A stretch of 7,738 nucleotides of DNA, from IMG/VR virus record IMGVR_UViG_2802429219_000018. One strand, written 5' to 3'. Below are positions 5,328-7,738 of this stretch, piece by piece. Both the position numbers and the translations under genes were made by a program. Every line of letters starts with the position of its first letter. Positions within the stretch are counted from its first letter, which is position 1. The notes beneath the pieces were generated by a model that saw nothing but the letters and a program-made list of their open reading frames with translations, was not told where the DNA came from and made no database searches. Origin of the DNA: a virus. Taxonomy: Duplodnaviria; Heunggongvirae; Uroviricota; Caudoviricetes.

Positions 5328-5525
5328 TCAGGTAGCTGTTCCGCGTGATTCCGCAATACGCTGATTAATCCACTCGTCAATTTCACTCTCAACGAAAGCA
5401 ATCGCTCGCGAGCCAATTTTTACAGGTTTAGGAAAACGCCCTTGGGCAATGAGTTTATAGATCCATGCCCTGCCATAGCCTGTACGGCGCATGGTTTCTG
5501 GCATACGAATTAAAGATTGTGACAT
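5328..5525 (-). CDS. alpA: AlpA-family (excisionase-like HTH) transcriptional regulator, 65 aa
   Basis: MSQSLIRMPETMRRTGYGRAWIYKLIAQGRFPKPVKIGSRAIAFVESEIDEWI is the classic AlpA/Phage_AlpA signature. I chose the internal ATG at 5525 (GGGAGA about 8 nt upstream) over the track start at 5594, because that start lies inside the palindromic operator. Confidence 0.85.
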   Translation of the reverse strand: MSQSLIRMPETMRRTGYGRAWIYKLIAQGRFPKPVKIGSRAIAFVESEIDEWINQRIAESRGTAT

Positions 5526-5590
5526 GATAATCGTCTCCCGTTGTTTATTGATGCCTACGGGAGACATTGAAGCAGGTAAGACATTGGATA

Positions 5591-5629
5591 TCACCGCAAT
5601 TGCGGTGAATGATACCGCAATTGCGGTAT
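5591..5629. promoter_or_regulatory. Twin 18-bp perfect palindromes (core ACCGCAATTGCGGT) upstream of alpA; putative dimer-binding operators
   Basis: TCACCGCAATTGCGGTGA (5591-5608) and ATACCGCAATTGCGGTAT (5612-5629) are each perfectly self-complementary. Their centres are exactly 21 bp apart. They lie between the 251-aa gene's stop (5640) and the alpA start (5525). Confidence 0.7.
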
Positions 5630-5639
5630 AGGACTACAA

Positions 5640-6395
5640 CTACGATTTAATTGATTTATTGGCTTCAGCAAACTTTGCTTCCAGCGTTCTTGAACTCATC
5701 CCCGGCTTACCTTCAAAATGTCCCAATAAATTACTAATAATAGAGCTTTGATTTTCGAATACAGATTGCTTAATACCAGCAGGTGAACGCCCTAACATTA
5801 GAAAAAGCAACCCTCCAATAATGTTTAAATATGTTGTTTCAGAACGTTGGTCAATGTTTTGCACGGAGTTATCAACCATTCGTCGTAGTGAATCACGTTC
5901 CCCTTGTAATTCGGAAATTTCATTTTTCTGCTGTTGGAAAGTCTTCATAGCATTATCTAAGCGAATATTAAGACGTTTGTTTTCAGCCTGAAGAGTTTGA
6001 TATGCCTCGACTGTAATTCCAGCATGTAACTGCTGCTCAACAGCATCAAAAAGGAAAGCTGGTTTTTGGTTGGGATAGTTTTTTGACATCCATGATTTCA
6101 GATCGGAATGGCGGACGGTTAAACGGTGCTTAGCAACCTGTTCTCCAGGTTGAACAGTTTTACCATCACGGCCATAAGGAATTTCACAATTATGGATTGC
6201 ATCTAAAATTTTCTCAGCATTAACACGCAAGCAAGGCCATTGAGGGAACATTCCAACGCTAGGTAAAACTCCATCTCCCACTCGCTCCAATATTAAAACT
6301 TCATGAGCAATTAAATTACACCAACGTAGCGCCGCTTCAATTGGAGTGTAATATGCCTTTTCAAGAGAACTACAGCTTTTTGAATTGTAAGTCAC
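5640..6395 (-). CDS. Orphan 251-aa protein (N-terminal domain + coiled coil + short hydrophobic helix + C-terminal tail), function unknown
   Basis: GTG start at 6395 with GAGGT 8 nt upstream. The next Met is aa 49, so the start is uncertain. No competing ORF covers it. A heptad-rich segment spans aa ~128-175 (EAYQTLQAENKRLNIRLDNAMKTFQQQKNEISELQGERDSLRRMV). A hydrophobic helix spans aa 189-202 (YLNIIGGLLFLMLG). It is markedly AT-rich compared with its flanks. Confidence 0.75.
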   Translation of the reverse strand: MTYNSKSCSSLEKAYYTPIEAALRWCNLIAHEVLILERVGDGVLPSVGMFPQWPCLRVNAEKILDAIHNCEIPYGRDGKTVQPGEQVAKHRLTVRHSDLKSWMSKNYPNQKPAFLFDAVEQQLHAGITVEAYQTLQAENKRLNIRLDNAMKTFQQQKNEISELQGERDSLRRMVDNSVQNIDQRSETTYLNIIGGLLFLMLGRSPAGIKQSVFENQSSIISNLLGHFEGKPGMSSRTLEAKFAEANKSIKS

Positions 6396-6523
6396 TCTGT
6401 GCTACCTCGCACCCTCTGTAAAAGTGGCTGTGCCAGCCCGCAGAGGTGTACGGGTTTTCAGGAGCGACCCTAGACACAGCCTTTTCTTAATCGCTCAAAG
6501 TCTACTACTGTATACTCAACCAG

Positions 6524-7738
6524 TCACCCGCATTTTCCGAACTCACCATGCACCACATTTCCGCCATGCTCGAGCGAATCCATATAATCGGCGTACCACT
6601 GAAGCATTTCCCGCCGTCCATCCAGATATTGCGCATGGTTGTATGTGCCACGAATTGAGTTTTTATCGACGTGTGCGAGCTGCGTCTCTATCCATGCGGT
6701 GTTATAGCCCTGCTCATGCAAAATGGTGCTCATGGTGTGCCGGAATCCATGACCAGTAACCTTTCCGTTATAGCCGATGCGTTTAAATACTTGGTTTATG
6801 CTAGCCTCGCTCATTGTTTTCCTTGGATCATTACGGCCGGGAAACATAAGCGGATAATTGCCAGTTAATTCTTTAATCTGCCCAATAAGAGAAAGAGCCT
6901 GCTTAGACAAAGGCACCACATGAGGGCGACGCATTTTCATCCGTGAAGCAGGTATCTCCCAGATAGCCTTGTTGAGATCGATTTCATCCCATAATGCACC
7001 GCGCAGTTCGCCAGTTCGCAAACCAGTGATAATCAGTAGACGAGCCGCCATAACAACCAATGCACTTCCTGAGTAACTGGACAATGCCTTGAAAAAATCA
7101 GGCAATTCTTTGGCTGTGAGGAAAGGATAATGATTAGATTCATGGCCTTGCATCGCGCTAGTAAGATCTGGGGCAGGGTTATACTCTGCGCGACCAGTGA
7201 CTATTGCATAGCGGAAAACTTCCCCACACCGCTGCCTCACTTTTTTGGCTTTTTCTGTAGCACCGCGCCCCTCGATGCGTCGCAGCACATTCAGAAGTTC
7301 AAGTGGTTTGATTTCGGCGATTGGTTTTTTGCCAATGTAAGGGAACACATCTTTGTTGAAGGCTTCGAGGATGTCTGAAGCATAACCAGCAGACCATTTT
7401 TTTAATTTGCTGCTGTGCCACTCAAGGGCAATATCTTTGAAGGTGTTGTTTAACTGCGTTTCCCGGGCAATCTTTTCCTCTCGTTTCGCTTCCATCGGAT
7501 CGATACCCCCAGCGATACCCCTTTTAGCTTCTTCACGTTTTGCACGAGCATCAGCCAAGGTAACTTCAGGATACACACCTAGTGCTAACAGCTTCTCTTT
7601 ACCAGCTACACGATACTTGAAGCGCCAATATTTTCCTCCACTAGGTTTTACCAAGAGATACAGACCACCACCATCAGCCAGCTTGTAAGCCTTCTCTTTT
7701 GGCTTGGCAGTGTCTATTTGACGGGCATTGAGTTTCAC
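6524..7738 (-). CDS. int: P4-type (DUF4102 N-terminal arm) tyrosine integrase, 404 aa as read; 5' end coincides with the window edge
   Basis: The N-terminus ARQIDTAKPKEKAYKLADGGGLYLLVKPSGGKYWRFKYR is typical of the P4/CP4 integrase family. Catalytic motifs are TGLRTGELR, GHGFRHT and RGTYNHAQY, and GEVFRYAIVTGRAEYNPAPDL is shared with IntS-like integrases. The first codon in the window is GTG. The true start may be here or a few codons beyond the window. Confidence 0.9.
   Translation of the reverse strand: MKLNARQIDTAKPKEKAYKLADGGGLYLLVKPSGGKYWRFKYRVAGKEKLLALGVYPEVTLADARAKREEAKRGIAGGIDPMEAKREEKIARETQLNNTFKDIALEWHSSKLKKWSAGYASDILEAFNKDVFPYIGKKPIAEIKPLELLNVLRRIEGRGATEKAKKVRQRCGEVFRYAIVTGRAEYNPAPDLTSAMQGHESNHYPFLTAKELPDFFKALSSYSGSALVVMAARLLIITGLRTGELRGALWDEIDLNKAIWEIPASRMKMRRPHVVPLSKQALSLIGQIKELTGNYPLMFPGRNDPRKTMSEASINQVFKRIGYNGKVTGHGFRHTMSTILHEQGYNTAWIETQLAHVDKNSIRGTYNHAQYLDGRREMLQWYADYMDSLEHGGNVVHGEFGKCG

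Noticed and set aside
5526-5594. N-terminal 23-codon extension of alpA (track start at 5594)
   Set aside because: The upstream start lies inside the first palindrome and has no SD. The internal ATG at 5525 has GGGAGA upstream and gives the canonical ~65-aa AlpA length.
5790-5831. Hydrophobic segment YLNIIGGLLFLMLG of the 251-aa protein as a transmembrane helix
   Set aside because: With only ~14 apolar residues and two Gly pairs, it is too short for a confident TM call. It may be a buried amphipathic helix, so it is mentioned only as a possibility in the finding.
6424-7688. Plus-strand track ORFs 6424-6759, 6671-6868, 7130-7378 and 7407-7688
   Set aside because: They are antisense shadows of the integrase gene, which carries unambiguous catalytic motifs.

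Overview
This window looks like the integration, regulation and replication half of an enterobacterial phage satellite (PICI-like / P4-like integrative element). It is transcribed almost entirely on the minus strand. From right to left: a P4-type tyrosine integrase (6524-7738, 5' end at the window edge); an AT-rich orphan 251-aa gene (5640-6395); twin 18-bp palindromes (5591-5629); alpA (5328-5525); and an AntA-family antirepressor homolog (4450-5250). Next comes a convergent plus-strand RHH-like gene (3880-4182), followed by a plus-strand terminator at 4401-4434. A 22-bp-phased operator array with divergent promoters follows (3755-3860). It heads a translationally coupled operon: an Icd-like small gene, two ORFs sharing a triplicated 'FTG' domain, a 96-aa ORF, and a 712-aa DUF927/P-loop primase-helicase (478-2616). 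An iteron plus AT-rich origin (125-447) ends the set. The main points for follow-up are the foreign-composition gene in the int-alpA slot (possible defence cargo or master regulator), a candidate ~80-nt cis-antisense RNA over the Icd-like ribosome-binding site, the operator architectures, and a 996-nt open frame that bridges the two minus-strand operons across an antisense gene and AT-rich DNA. All family assignments rest on motif recognition from memory. No searches, folds or statistics were run, and GC values are hand counts on sampled 60-nt lines.
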